From: Shigella phage SSP1
Reading direction: 5' to 3' (one strand)
Length of the DNA: 64,000 bases
Sequence record: KY963424
Shown here: positions 56,058-62,516 of the stretch, one piece after another
Layout: the number at the start of each line of letters is the position of its first letter
Numbering within the stretch: position 1 is the stretch's first letter
Made by a program: the position numbers and the translations under genes
Notes under the pieces: model-generated
Database searches by the model: none
Told to the model about the DNA's origin: nothing
Seen by the model: only the letters and a program-made list of their open reading frames with translations

Positions 56058-56225
56058 ATGTATAGACATCCACCTCCGCCAACACGTCGTTCTAGAGAAG
56101 TTATTCTCATGGAATTGACTAAAAACTTCAAGGCAACCCTTGAAGATAGAGATCTAGGCACGGATGAAGACATTGATTTTATTTGTAGACTATTAAAGAT
56201 GAAACTGGAGAAACAACATGGCTAA
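56058..56225 (+). CDS. Hypothetical small protein (55 aa)
   Basis: AAGGAAATAAGATG RBS right after tRNA; below ORF-track cut-off. Confidence 0.35.
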   Translation: MYRHPPPPTRRSREVILMELTKNFKATLEDRDLGTDEDIDFICRLLKMKLEKQHG

Positions 56226-56424
56226 TCCTGAAATTACCGCACAACGCTTCATGCTTAAAGGCATGATTGCTGAGGCAGGTATAACTCAAGAGGTTGCAGA
56301 TTTTCATAAGCAATTTCTTGATATTATAACTCTAGCTAAAGAGACTGGAGAAAAAGAGCACGGAGCAGCAATTATGGCTATATCTCTTATTAGTCTAGAC
56401 TTGGCTGAAGAATCTGGAGTTTAG
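56218..56424 (+). CDS. Hypothetical protein (68 aa)
   Basis: ORF overlapping previous stop. Confidence 0.4.
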   Translation: MANPEITAQRFMLKGMIAEAGITQEVADFHKQFLDIITLAKETGEKEHGAAIMAISLISLDLAEESGV

Positions 56425-56454
56425 CTCCTCCAAACAGAATTTTTAAAAATGTAC

Positions 56455-56484
56455 TTGCCTTTTGCTTTAAATTTCTGATATAAT
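56455..56484 (+). promoter_or_regulatory. T5-type early promoter (TTGCCT-18-TATAAT)
   Basis: AAAAATGTACTTGCCTTTTGCTTTAAATTTCTGATATAAT. Confidence 0.55.
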
Positions 56485-56514
56485 AGTTATATAAATTGAT
56501 GAAGGAGTTAACGA

Positions 56515-56790
56515 ATGCAAAATCGTGTTATAGCTGCTGGTATTGAAAGTGCAATCTGTAAATCCTGGGAAGGCTGGGAAGGTGAGATTGAATGGCTTTA
56601 TTTCTACGATGTAGAACTTCTGCCGGAAATTAAAGCTAAATGTGTTGAAGCTGGCATGGCTCCAGATGCAAAAGCTGATATTGATATTTCAATGTCTGAA
56701 CTTAAAGGTCGTGTAATCACTGTTAGTGATGAGGGTGAAGAAGTTTTTGAACTTCCGTTCTCCTTAACTGTCACTCCTAAGTTCGACTAG
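56515..56790 (+). CDS. Hypothetical acidic protein (91 aa)
   Basis: GAAGGAG RBS. Confidence 0.45.
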   Translation: MQNRVIAAGIESAICKSWEGWEGEIEWLYFYDVELLPEIKAKCVEAGMAPDAKADIDISMSELKGRVITVSDEGEEVFELPFSLTVTPKFD

Positions 56791-56826
56791 CTAATACAGC
56801 ATTGGGCAAGTTCTTTAAAATTTGAC

Positions 56827-56855
56827 TTGCTCAGTGCCTTAAAACTTGATATAAT
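56827..56855 (+). promoter_or_regulatory. T5-type early promoter (TTGCTC-17-TATAAT) upstream of tRNA-Tyr
   Basis: AAAATTTGACTTGCTCAGTGCCTTAAAACTTGATATAAT. Confidence 0.6.
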
Positions 56856-56979
56856 AGTTATCTAATTTGGAAACATATCTGAATGAGAAGTAATTAAGCG
56901 AGTTGCTTTGAGGGGTAAAGTCAGGAAATCCTGAAATATTCCACCTTGAGTTTAACCGACTTACTTTTCATTCAAATAT

Positions 56980-57060
56980 GAGGGATTGGCTCAGTGGCGA
57001 CGGCGCCTGGCTGTAGACCGGGTATATCACGCGGAGGTTCGAGTCCTCCATCCCTCACCA
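56980..57060 (+). tRNA. tRNA-Tyr(GTA)
   Basis: Acceptor GAGGGAT/ATCCCTC perfect, anticodon arm CCTGG-CTGTAGA-CCGGG, extended variable region, T-arm GGAGG-TTCGAGT-CCTCC, CCA encoded. Confidence 0.7.
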
Positions 57061-57078
57061 AATTACTAAGGAAGTAAT

Positions 57079-57624
57079 ATGCACAATAAGTTAATAAATG
57101 AGCTTCAAAAAAGACAAATAATAACAAAAACTAAGGAGTTTGATATAACTCCAGATTTAATAGTTGAATGTTCAAAAGTTTACTTAGAATTAAGTAACAC
57201 AAAAGCTAAGAAAGTCTCTTTAGGGGATCTTAGATATAACGTTAAACTATTGTGCTTATCATTAATTAAATTTAAACAGGAAAATAAACTTGCTATAAAA
57301 GAAGGCTTCATATATTTTATAGCAAATAAGGCCTGGCCCAATTATTTTAAGATTGGTATGTCAGCTAACCCAAAGAAACGCTTAGCGAACTATCAAACAT
57401 ATAGCCCCTTTAGGGATTATACAATGCTACACTGGTCTTTCTGGTTTGATAGAAAGGAAGGTGAAAAGTTTGTCCATAGTCTCTATCATGATAGAGATCA
57501 TGAATGGGTTAAGTTGCCTCAAAGAAAACTAAATAAAATATTTGAACAAATTAATAAACTTTCTGGTTTGGAACATTTAGTACAGAAAGTTAATAGAGAA
57601 ATAGTTAATGCACCTATCGTCTAA
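57079..57624 (+). CDS. T5orf172/GIY-YIG-like domain protein (mobile-element-type)
   Basis: GFIYFIANKAWPNYFKIGMSANPKKRLANYQTYSP resembles the T5orf172 (GIY-YIG-related) signature; AT-rich codon usage; stop overlaps tRNA-Glu 5' end. Confidence 0.55.
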   Translation: MHNKLINELQKRQIITKTKEFDITPDLIVECSKVYLELSNTKAKKVSLGDLRYNVKLLCLSLIKFKQENKLAIKEGFIYFIANKAWPNYFKIGMSANPKKRLANYQTYSPFRDYTMLHWSFWFDRKEGEKFVHSLYHDRDHEWVKLPQRKLNKIFEQINKLSGLEHLVQKVNREIVNAPIV

Positions 57625-57684
57625 TGGTTAGGACATCAGGATTTCAATCTGAGAATCGGAGTTCAATTCTCCGTGGGTGTACCA
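57610..57684 (+). tRNA. tRNA-Glu(TTC)
   Basis: Acceptor GCACCTA/TGGGTGT (two G-U), D-stem GTC/GAC, anticodon arm TCAGG-ATTTCAA-TCTGA, T-arm CGGAG-TTCAATT-CTCCG, CCA encoded. Confidence 0.75.
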
Positions 57685-57692
57685 GTTTCTGC

Positions 57693-57769
57693 ATTCCTAG
57701 AGTGTTACTGGACAGCATGTCGGTCTCCAAAACCGTACGGTCTAGGTTCGAGTCCTAGTAGGTTTGCCA
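57693..57769 (+). tRNA. tRNA-Trp(CCA)-like (acceptor stem with two U-U mismatches)
   Basis: Anticodon arm CGGT-CTCCAAA-ACCG, D-stem GTGT/GCAT, T-arm CTAGG-TTCGAGT-CCTAG, CCA encoded; acceptor ATTCCTA/TAGGTTT pairs only 5 of 7. Confidence 0.5.
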
Positions 57770-57775
57770 AAATTT

Positions 57776-57850
57776 GCACCTTTAGCTGAGATGGATTAGC
57801 GCTTGCCTGAAGAGCTTGAGAGGTTCGTTCGATACGAACAGGGTGCACCA
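57776..57850 (+). tRNA. tRNA-Phe(GAA)-like
   Basis: Acceptor GCACCTT/AGGGTGC, D-stem GCTG/TAGC, anticodon loop CTGAAGA (stem has two U-U), T-arm GTTCG-TTCGATA-CGAAC, CCA encoded. Confidence 0.6.
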
Positions 57851-57852
57851 AT

Positions 57853-58140
57853 TTGAATGAGCTGCTGATGCATCCTGAAAACTTCTTTATTTACTGCGCG
57901 GATAAGTCGCTGAAACGTAGAATTAACAAAGTCTATCATTATCGTGCTAGTCAACAGCCTTATGTATATGCTTTTGACGGTGATCACATTCCACTAGAAC
58001 AATTATCTTGTGATTACATGATATTGAAGAACTTTGACGAGACGAAGATCTCAAGCGTTCATAATCGACAGAATCCATTAACGTGGAAATATAAGAAGAA
58101 AAAGAAAGGCATCAAATTCTTAAAAAATGTAGTTGCTTAG
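57853..58140 (+). CDS. Hypothetical protein (95 aa)
   Basis: ORF following tRNA block; 3' end overlaps a promoter; weak evidence. Confidence 0.35.
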   Translation: MNELLMHPENFFIYCADKSLKRRINKVYHYRASQQPYVYAFDGDHIPLEQLSCDYMILKNFDETKISSVHNRQNPLTWKYKKKKKGIKFLKNVVA

Positions 58141-58161
58141 TTTCCAAAAGTTCTGTATAAT
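58133..58161 (+). promoter_or_regulatory. T5-type early promoter (TTGCTT-17-TATAAT)
   Basis: AAAAATGTAGTTGCTTAGTTTCCAAAAGTTCTGTATAAT + ACATAAATTGAACTGGAG. Confidence 0.6.
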
Positions 58162-58190
58162 AATTACATAAATTGAACTGGAGAAGCAAC

Positions 58191-58415
58191 ATGACAGAAC
58201 AAGAATTGAATGAACGTAAGCTGGTAATGCTTCGCTTACTAAATATTTTCTCTGGTATGGACGGTGGAATTGACTTTGTTCATCTACGTTCTTTCGTAGA
58301 AGAAGCCGAAGGCGAATCTATCACTAAAATCCTTAAACACATGGGATTACTTTTAGATGCTGCTAATGTGGCTACTGAATATAAACTAGAAGATCTACCG
58401 AAGCGTGTTAAATGA
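58191..58415 (+). CDS. Hypothetical protein (74 aa)
   Basis: Start MTEQEL with GGAGAAGCAACATG RBS. Confidence 0.45.
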   Translation: MTEQELNERKLVMLRLLNIFSGMDGGIDFVHLRSFVEEAEGESITKILKHMGLLLDAANVATEYKLEDLPKRVK

Positions 58416-58603
58416 GAAAGTTAGTTAAATTTAAGTGTTGTGGTTCTGAACATATTTTCACACATCTTCGTGAATTTAAAATGTGTGATTGTGGTAAATC
58501 AGGCTATGACTCAGGAGATGGGTTCTACACCCGTACTCTAGGGAACTTCAATGATCTAGAATTTGAAGATCTCGAAAAACAAGATAAATCGACCGTTGGC
58601 TGA
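58412..58603 (+). CDS. Small Cys-containing protein (63 aa)
   Basis: Translationally coupled; CCGSEH...CDCGKSG; stop overlaps tRNA-Cys 5' end. Confidence 0.4.
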   Translation: MRKLVKFKCCGSEHIFTHLREFKMCDCGKSGYDSGDGFYTRTLGNFNDLEFEDLEKQDKSTVG

Positions 58604-58665
58604 ATGGCTTAGGCGAAGGATTGCAAATCCTTTTTATGTGAGTTCAAATCTCATGCGGTCGTCCA
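58590..58665 (+). tRNA. tRNA-Cys(GCA)
   Basis: Acceptor CGACCGT/GCGGTCG, anticodon arm AAGGA-TTGCAAA-TCCTT, T-arm GTGAG-TTCAAAT-CTCAT, CCA encoded. Confidence 0.75.
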
Positions 58666-58667
58666 AT

Positions 58668-58808
58668 TTGCTGAAAGAATTGTTAAATCAATTCAGGCAC
58701 GCGTAGGAACACTGTCTCCGCAATTGAAAGATGAGGCACGGTTTGGAGAGGTATGCCGCTACACGCTACGGTGCTAACTCCGTCTAGGTGAAAATCCTAG
58801 TCAGCAAT
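58668..58808 (+). ncRNA. 141-nt tRNA-like structured RNA (perfect 7-bp terminal stem, T-arm-positioned hairpin, long insertion)
   Basis: 5' TTGCTGA pairs perfectly with 3' TCAGCAA; hairpin CTAGG-TGAAAAT-CCTAG immediately precedes the 3' strand; no ORF. Confidence 0.35.
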
Positions 58809-58817
58809 ATAAATTTA

Positions 58818-58900
58818 GGGTCGTTAGCCAAGCGGTTTGGCGGTGGACTGTTAATCCATGTCGAAAGACAACGTAGGTTCGAATCCTACACGGCCCGCCA
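58818..58900 (+). tRNA. tRNA with Asn-type anticodon arm (GTT) but extended 13-nt variable arm
   Basis: Acceptor GGGTCGT/ACGGCCC, D-stem GCC/GGC, anticodon arm GTGGA-CTGTTAA-TCCAT (close to the E. coli tRNA-Asn arm as recalled), variable GTCGAAAGACAAC, T-arm GTAGG-TTCGAAT-CCTAC, CCA encoded. Confidence 0.6.
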
Positions 58901-59002
58901 AATTCTGTGTAGAGTTAAGTAAACCGGTAGCCAACCAGCTATCATTGCTGATATCGAATTCAGCCACAGATACCATTTTCATTAATAACTGAGGAAACAA
59001 GC

Positions 59003-59188
59003 ATGTCCAAGAATGTAATTGCACAGTTAGAAGTTCATCGTGATAGCACTATCAACAATATTGAAGTTGAGAAGAAATACATAGAAGAACTTAAACACGA
59101 TATACTAGTAAGTCTCAATCGTCTTAATGTACGAAAAGAGTTTCTTAAAGAACTTAATGCAGCTATTGAAAAACTCAAAGCTGAGTAA
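59003..59188 (+). CDS. Hypothetical coiled-coil protein (61 aa)
   Basis: GAGGAAACAAGCATG RBS. Confidence 0.45.
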   Translation: MSKNVIAQLEVHRDSTINNIEVEKKYIEELKHDILVSLNRLNVRKEFLKELNAAIEKLKAE

Positions 59189-59195
59189 ATGAATT

Positions 59196-59777
59196 ATGCA
59201 CGGAATATTTTTACCTATTCCTATGTTTGATGAATATCTGGTAAGTCTAGATGGGTTAGTGTTCAGTATTAAATCAAATAAAATACTAACCCCAATAACT
59301 AGTAATTATGGATATGTATCTGTACGCCTACATCATAACGGTAGGCAAAGAAATACTGGTATACATAGAATCATAGCATGTGCCTTTAAAAGGTTACCTA
59401 GTTTAGACTCTGTACTAGAGGTTGATCATATTGATACAGATATCACCTATTGGGGATTAAATAATCTACAAGTCCTTACTAAAGAACAGCATTTAGAAAA
59501 AACCCTGAAAGATAAGGGCTATAATAAACTAATACATAATAAACAGTGTAGTATATGTGGTGAACCTATATCACTGAAAGCAGATAAGTGTCAAAAATGC
59601 TCATCACATAAACTGAAAGATCCATCTATTACTAAAGAAATAATAGAATCTACTGTAAAAGAGTTAGGATGGTCTGGTGCTGGAAGAAGATTATCTTATT
59701 CTGATAACGGGTTAAGAAAACGTTATAAAGCATTAGGTGGTGATCCAAAAGAATTAAAAAAGTTAAAGGTACTATAG
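59196..59777 (+). CDS. HNH homing endonuclease (NUMOD4-like N-terminus + HNH)
   Basis: IHRIIACAF...EVDHIDTDITYWGLNNLQVLTKEQHLEKT HNH core; paralog of 62914..63474 with shared C-terminal SGAGRRLSYSDNGLRKRYKALGG; stop overlaps tRNA-Asp. Confidence 0.7.
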   Translation: MHGIFLPIPMFDEYLVSLDGLVFSIKSNKILTPITSNYGYVSVRLHHNGRQRNTGIHRIIACAFKRLPSLDSVLEVDHIDTDITYWGLNNLQVLTKEQHLEKTLKDKGYNKLIHNKQCSICGEPISLKADKCQKCSSHKLKDPSITKEIIESTVKELGWSGAGRRLSYSDNGLRKRYKALGGDPKELKKLKVL

Positions 59778-59842
59778 TCTAACGGTTAGGATACTCCCCT
59801 GTCACGGGAGAGGTAGGGTTTCGATTACCCTTAGTACCGCCA
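59768..59842 (+). tRNA. tRNA-Asp(GTC)
   Basis: Acceptor GGTACTA/TAGTACC perfect, anticodon arm CTCCC-CTGTCAC-GGGAG, T-arm AGGGT-TTCGATT-ACCCT, CCA encoded. Confidence 0.8.
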
Positions 59843-59868
59843 AACTAAACTAGCACGAGAAATATGCT

Positions 59869-60216
59869 ATGATTAATGCTAAAGAAGAATTGTTACTTGC
59901 CCTAAAGAATATTAATTCTGAAGTTAAGTGTATTAAGATAGAATTCGGTTATTATGGGGACAAAGAAGTTTGGGTATTACCCATAGGTTATACAGAAAAA
60001 GATATTGAAGATTTTCTAAATAATCTAGACTTTAAATATGATTCTGGTTTCGGTGGACAATTGCTTTATGGTAACGTATGGTTTACTGATGGAACTTGGT
60101 TAGAACGTGGTGAATATGATGGTTCTGAATGGTGGGAATATAAGACTACACCGGCAATCCCAGAAGAATGCCGAACAATTAATGGTGAAGTAGATAATAC
60201 TTTACGGTTAAACTAA
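59869..60216 (+). CDS. Hypothetical protein (115 aa)
   Basis: ORF with Trp/Gly-rich C-terminus. Confidence 0.5.
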   Translation: MINAKEELLLALKNINSEVKCIKIEFGYYGDKEVWVLPIGYTEKDIEDFLNNLDFKYDSGFGGQLLYGNVWFTDGTWLERGEYDGSEWWEYKTTPAIPEECRTINGEVDNTLRLN

Positions 60217-60220
60217 TAAA

Positions 60221-60329
60221 ATTTCAGTGCAGAACACGGAGCTAGCAATTCGGAAGTGCTGACTCATGATAAGCTGCCTATGTACTTGCTAAGCGGTCGT
60301 GTCCAAGACTCGGACTCTTGCACTGAAAA
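60221..60329 (+). ncRNA. Structured RNA candidate closed by about 11-bp terminal stem
   Basis: TTTCAGTGCAG (60222-60232) is complementary to CTTGCACTGAAA (60317-60328); internal hairpin GTCC-AAGACTC-GGAC; no ORF. Confidence 0.35.
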
Positions 60330-60338
60330 CAATCAAAC

Positions 60339-60459
60339 ATTCTAGCGTGGTTGATGGAGAAACCAGCTTGGCGAGGGCAGAAGCTCGTTCGATTCGAGTG
60401 AAAGAATGGTTCTCGTAAGTCCGCACAAGTGATAACAGGTTCGAGTCCTGTCTAGAATG
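60339..60459 (+). ncRNA. 121-nt tRNA-like RNA (perfect acceptor stem + canonical T-arm, oversized body)
   Basis: 5' ATTCTAG pairs with 3' CTAGAAT; T-arm ACAGG-TTCGAGT-CCTGT; second internal T-arm-like hairpin GCTCG-TTCGATT-CGAGT; no CCA encoded. Confidence 0.4.
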
Positions 60460-60469
60460 ACACTATAAA

Positions 60470-60592
60470 GTTTACTTATTATGTAGGTTCCGATAGATCG
60501 GCGGGTCTATTCTGGCATTTAAGAGAGGTCTCGCAAACTTCTTTGTCAGCCGTGGGGTTCATAGCCTCCAGGTGGCCTACACAATAAGTAAA
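60470..60592 (+). ncRNA. Structured RNA candidate closed by 14-bp terminal stem
   Basis: ACTTATTATGTAGG (60474-60487) pairs with CCTACACAATAAGT (60576-60589) with one mismatch; internal palindromes; no ORF. Confidence 0.35.
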
Positions 60593-60608
60593 TTTATTAA
60601 AAATTCAT

Positions 60609-60638
60609 TTGCTATTCTGCTTTATTATCTGTATAATA
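60609..60638 (+). promoter_or_regulatory. T5-type early promoter (TTGCTA-18-TATAAT)
   Basis: AAAAATTCATTTGCTATTCTGCTTTATTATCTGTATAAT. Confidence 0.6.
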
Positions 60639-60669
60639 TATTTTATAAAGTGAAGAGAAGGAAAGCTAA

Positions 60670-60867
60670 ATGAAGAAAGTTTTATTACTATCTGTATTCC
60701 TACTTACTGGTTGTTTTAAATTTGACTCAACCATTAATAAAGAGTATGAATTTGCTAAAAATTTCTGTGGCGGAGAGAGTAATATAAAGAATTTCTACAT
60801 ATATAGTACAATTCCTAGTACCGTTTATTGTGTAGACGGACGAATTATTAATATTCCTCCACAATAA
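60670..60867 (+). CDS. Small lipoprotein (65 aa)
   Basis: MKKVLLLSVFLLTGC lipoprotein signal peptide with lipobox LTGC; GAGAAGGAAAGCTAAATG RBS. Confidence 0.55.
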   Translation: MKKVLLLSVFLLTGCFKFDSTINKEYEFAKNFCGGESNIKNFYIYSTIPSTVYCVDGRIINIPPQ

Positions 60868-60876
60868 AAGAATTAA

Positions 60877-60952
60877 CAGTGCGTAGCGCAGTTGGTAGCG
60901 TGGGAGCCTTGGATGCTTCGGGTCGCAGGTTCGAGTCCTGCCGCACTGACCA
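60877..60952 (+). tRNA. tRNA-Pro(TGG)
   Basis: Acceptor CAGTGCG/CGCACTG perfect, D-stem GCGC/GCGT, anticodon arm GGAGC-CTTGGAT-GCTTC, T-arm GCAGG-TTCGAGT-CCTGC, CCA encoded. Confidence 0.8.
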
Positions 60953-60958
60953 AACAAT

Positions 60959-61036
60959 TGCGGGTTAGATCTCTGGTAGAGATCACTAGTCTCATAAGCT
61001 AGAAAGAGGTAGGTTCGATTCCTGCACCCGCTTCCA
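60959..61036 (+). tRNA. tRNA with CAT anticodon (second Met/Ile2-type), unpaired 1-72
   Basis: D-stem GATC/GATC, anticodon arm CTAGT-CTCATAA-GCTAG, T-arm GTAGG-TTCGATT-CCTGC, CCA encoded; acceptor TGCGGGT/ACCCGCT with T-T at 1-72. Confidence 0.6.
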
Positions 61037-61056
61037 TTTTAATAGAGGATTTCGAA

Positions 61057-61224
61057 ATGAAAGTATTTCGATTAGTAGTAAGTGACAAACGTTCAGGTAA
61101 AAATACCTCAAAATCCTTACTCGCTCATTATGGTAAAAATTGGGATGAAGTAATGTCAGAGTTTAATACTAATCACCCTTACTTGAAAGTTCACTCTATT
61201 AAAGAAGTATATAATGGTTACTAA
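61057..61224 (+). CDS. Hypothetical small protein (55 aa)
   Basis: TAGAGGATTTCGAAATG RBS; below ORF-track cut-off. Confidence 0.35.
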   Translation: MKVFRLVVSDKRSGKNTSKSLLAHYGKNWDEVMSEFNTNHPYLKVHSIKEVYNGY

Positions 61225-61225
61225 T

Positions 61226-61304
61226 AGATCGCTAGCTCAATAGGTTTAGTAGCATCCGACTTTTAATCGGAAGGTTCTGGGTTCGAGTCCCAGGCGATCT
61301 ACCA
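61226..61304 (+). tRNA. tRNA-Lys(TTT)
   Basis: Acceptor AGATCGC/GCGATCT perfect, anticodon arm TCCGA-CTTTTAA-TCGGA, T-arm CTGGG-TTCGAGT-CCCAG, CCA encoded. Confidence 0.8.
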
Positions 61305-61323
61305 ATTTCAAGAAAAATGTACT

Positions 61324-61351
61324 TGCTTGATGCTTAATTTCTTGTTATAAT
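61324..61351 (+). promoter_or_regulatory. T5-type early promoter (TTGCTT-16-TATAAT)
   Basis: AAAAATGTACTTGCTTGATGCTTAATTTCTTGTTATAAT + ATATAAATTGATGGGGAG. Confidence 0.55.
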
Positions 61352-61589
61352 ATTTATATAAATTGATGGGGAGAAATCCTCATCATAGTTCACTAAGGTA
61401 TTAGCTCGACCTAGGACTGGCTGCCAAAAAGCACGATCCCTACGATTCGGGAGAAGTTCTAGATTAGTCCACTAGATTCAGTGGCAACTGAGTAGTGTAT
61501 CGGGTTTGCGAGATGACGCGGTTCCTTCCGCTTGAAGCGAAGGTGCTGTAGTTACGCCGAGCTAATAGCCTTAGTAAACTAAAGAATTT

Positions 61590-61663
61590 GGGGATATAGT
61601 TTAATGGTAGAACATCTGCTTTGCACGCAGAAGACGAGGGTTCAACTCCCTCTTTCTCCACCA
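61590..61663 (+). tRNA. tRNA-Ala(TGC)
   Basis: Acceptor GGGGATA/TTTCTCC (one mismatch), anticodon arm TCTGC-TTTGCAC-GCAGA, T-arm GAGGG-TTCAACT-CCCTC, CCA encoded. Confidence 0.7.
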
Positions 61664-61668
61664 AATTT

Positions 61669-61753
61669 GGGGCTATGCTGGAACTGGTAGACAATACGGC
61701 CTTAGATTCCGTAGCTTAAATGCGTGGGAGTTCGAGTCTCCCTAGCCCCACCA
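61669..61753 (+). tRNA. tRNA-Leu(TAG), type II
   Basis: Acceptor GGGGCTA/TAGCCCC perfect, D-loop with GGTAGAC, anticodon loop CTTAGAT, 13-nt variable arm, T-arm GGGAG-TTCGAGT-CTCCC, CCA encoded. Confidence 0.75.
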
Positions 61754-61865
61754 AATTTGATGGTCAGAGTAAAATAAACCTACTATCTCGGTTGAGCTGT
61801 TTTAATGGGTTCGAATCCCAGCGAGGCGTAACTGCCTGGTGTGATAGAGGCATCATCTTATTATT

Positions 61866-61956
61866 GGAAGAGCAAATCGAATTGGCGACGAAAACCGCTT
61901 GGAAAGTGGCTGACTGGTAAAACGGCTTGAGAGTTCAAATCTCTCCTCTTCCGCCA
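61866..61956 (+). tRNA. tRNA-Ser(GGA), type II
   Basis: Acceptor GGAAGAG/CTCTTCC perfect, anticodon loop TTGGAAA, long variable arm, T-arm GAGAG-TTCAAAT-CTCTC, CCA encoded; D region irregular. Confidence 0.6.
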
Positions 61957-61978
61957 AACAATTTATATGGTAGGTCAA

Positions 61979-62073
61979 TCCAACGGCTGGCGCTGGACTC
62001 CGACTTGAAATCGGTTGATCGTAGTGATACGGTGTAAGGGTTCGATCCCCTTACCTACCTCCAAATCTTGAAG
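61979..62073 (+). tRNA. tRNA-Ser(TGA), type II
   Basis: Acceptor GGTAGGT/ACCTACC perfect, anticodon arm CCGA-CTTGAAA-TCGG, long variable arm, T-arm AAGGG-TTCGATC-CCCTT, CCA encoded. Confidence 0.7.
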
Positions 62074-62439
62074 TATGCCGGAATCGGTAGACGGGGCTGC
62101 CTAAAAGGTTTATAGGGAACATCCACTCCCTGCAATATACCTCATAAAGCGGCTGAGATAAATGGTCTATCTCGTGAAGGTTCAAGTCCTTCTACTTCTT
62201 GATATATCAATGGCTCAAAGTGTAACGGTGCTATTTGATGCGCTTGGAAAGACTTCCCCGACATGCGTTCGGGAGTAAGCTACTAAGGCTAGAGTAGAAG
62301 AGTTTCGGAGAGCCGCCACAATTGAAAATTCGTACTCGTCTTGAGCTGCGTGCAATAGGAGATAACTTGATTAGTATTCTAGAACATGCTAATTGAGGAA
62401 GGTTTCGCTAACCCTGCGAGTTTTCAATTGTGGCTATAT
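62074..62439 (+). ncRNA. ORF-less segment with degenerate tRNA-like pieces and a 14-bp long-range stem
   Basis: T-arm GAAGG-TTCAAGT-CCTTC without matching acceptor; ...GAGAGCC-G-CCA 3'-end-like motif at 62308-62318; GCCACAATTGAAAA (62314-62327) is the exact reverse complement of TTTTCAATTGTGGC (62431-62444). Confidence 0.3.
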
Positions 62440-62516
62440 CATAATTGGTTAATGATCCTGATTGTGAATCAGGCCTATGTGGATTCGAATTCCACTAGCC
62501 ACCCCAAATTAACTTA
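62440..62516 (+). tRNA. tRNA-His(GTG)
   Basis: Acceptor GTGGCTA/TAGCCAC perfect, D-stem TCAT/ATGA, anticodon arm CCTGA-TTGTGAA-TCAGG, T-arm GTGGA-TTCGAAT-TCCAC, CCA encoded. Confidence 0.8.

Noticed and set aside
60727-60957. Minus-strand ORF 60727..60957 and 62662..62898
   Set aside because: Overlap tRNA-Pro and tRNA-Gln genes and the lipoprotein ORF on the opposite strand
61464-61920. ORFs 61464..61694 (-) and 61720..61920 (+) in the tRNA-dense region
   Set aside because: Both overlap confidently folded tRNA genes (Ala, Leu) and lack RBS; treated as spurious
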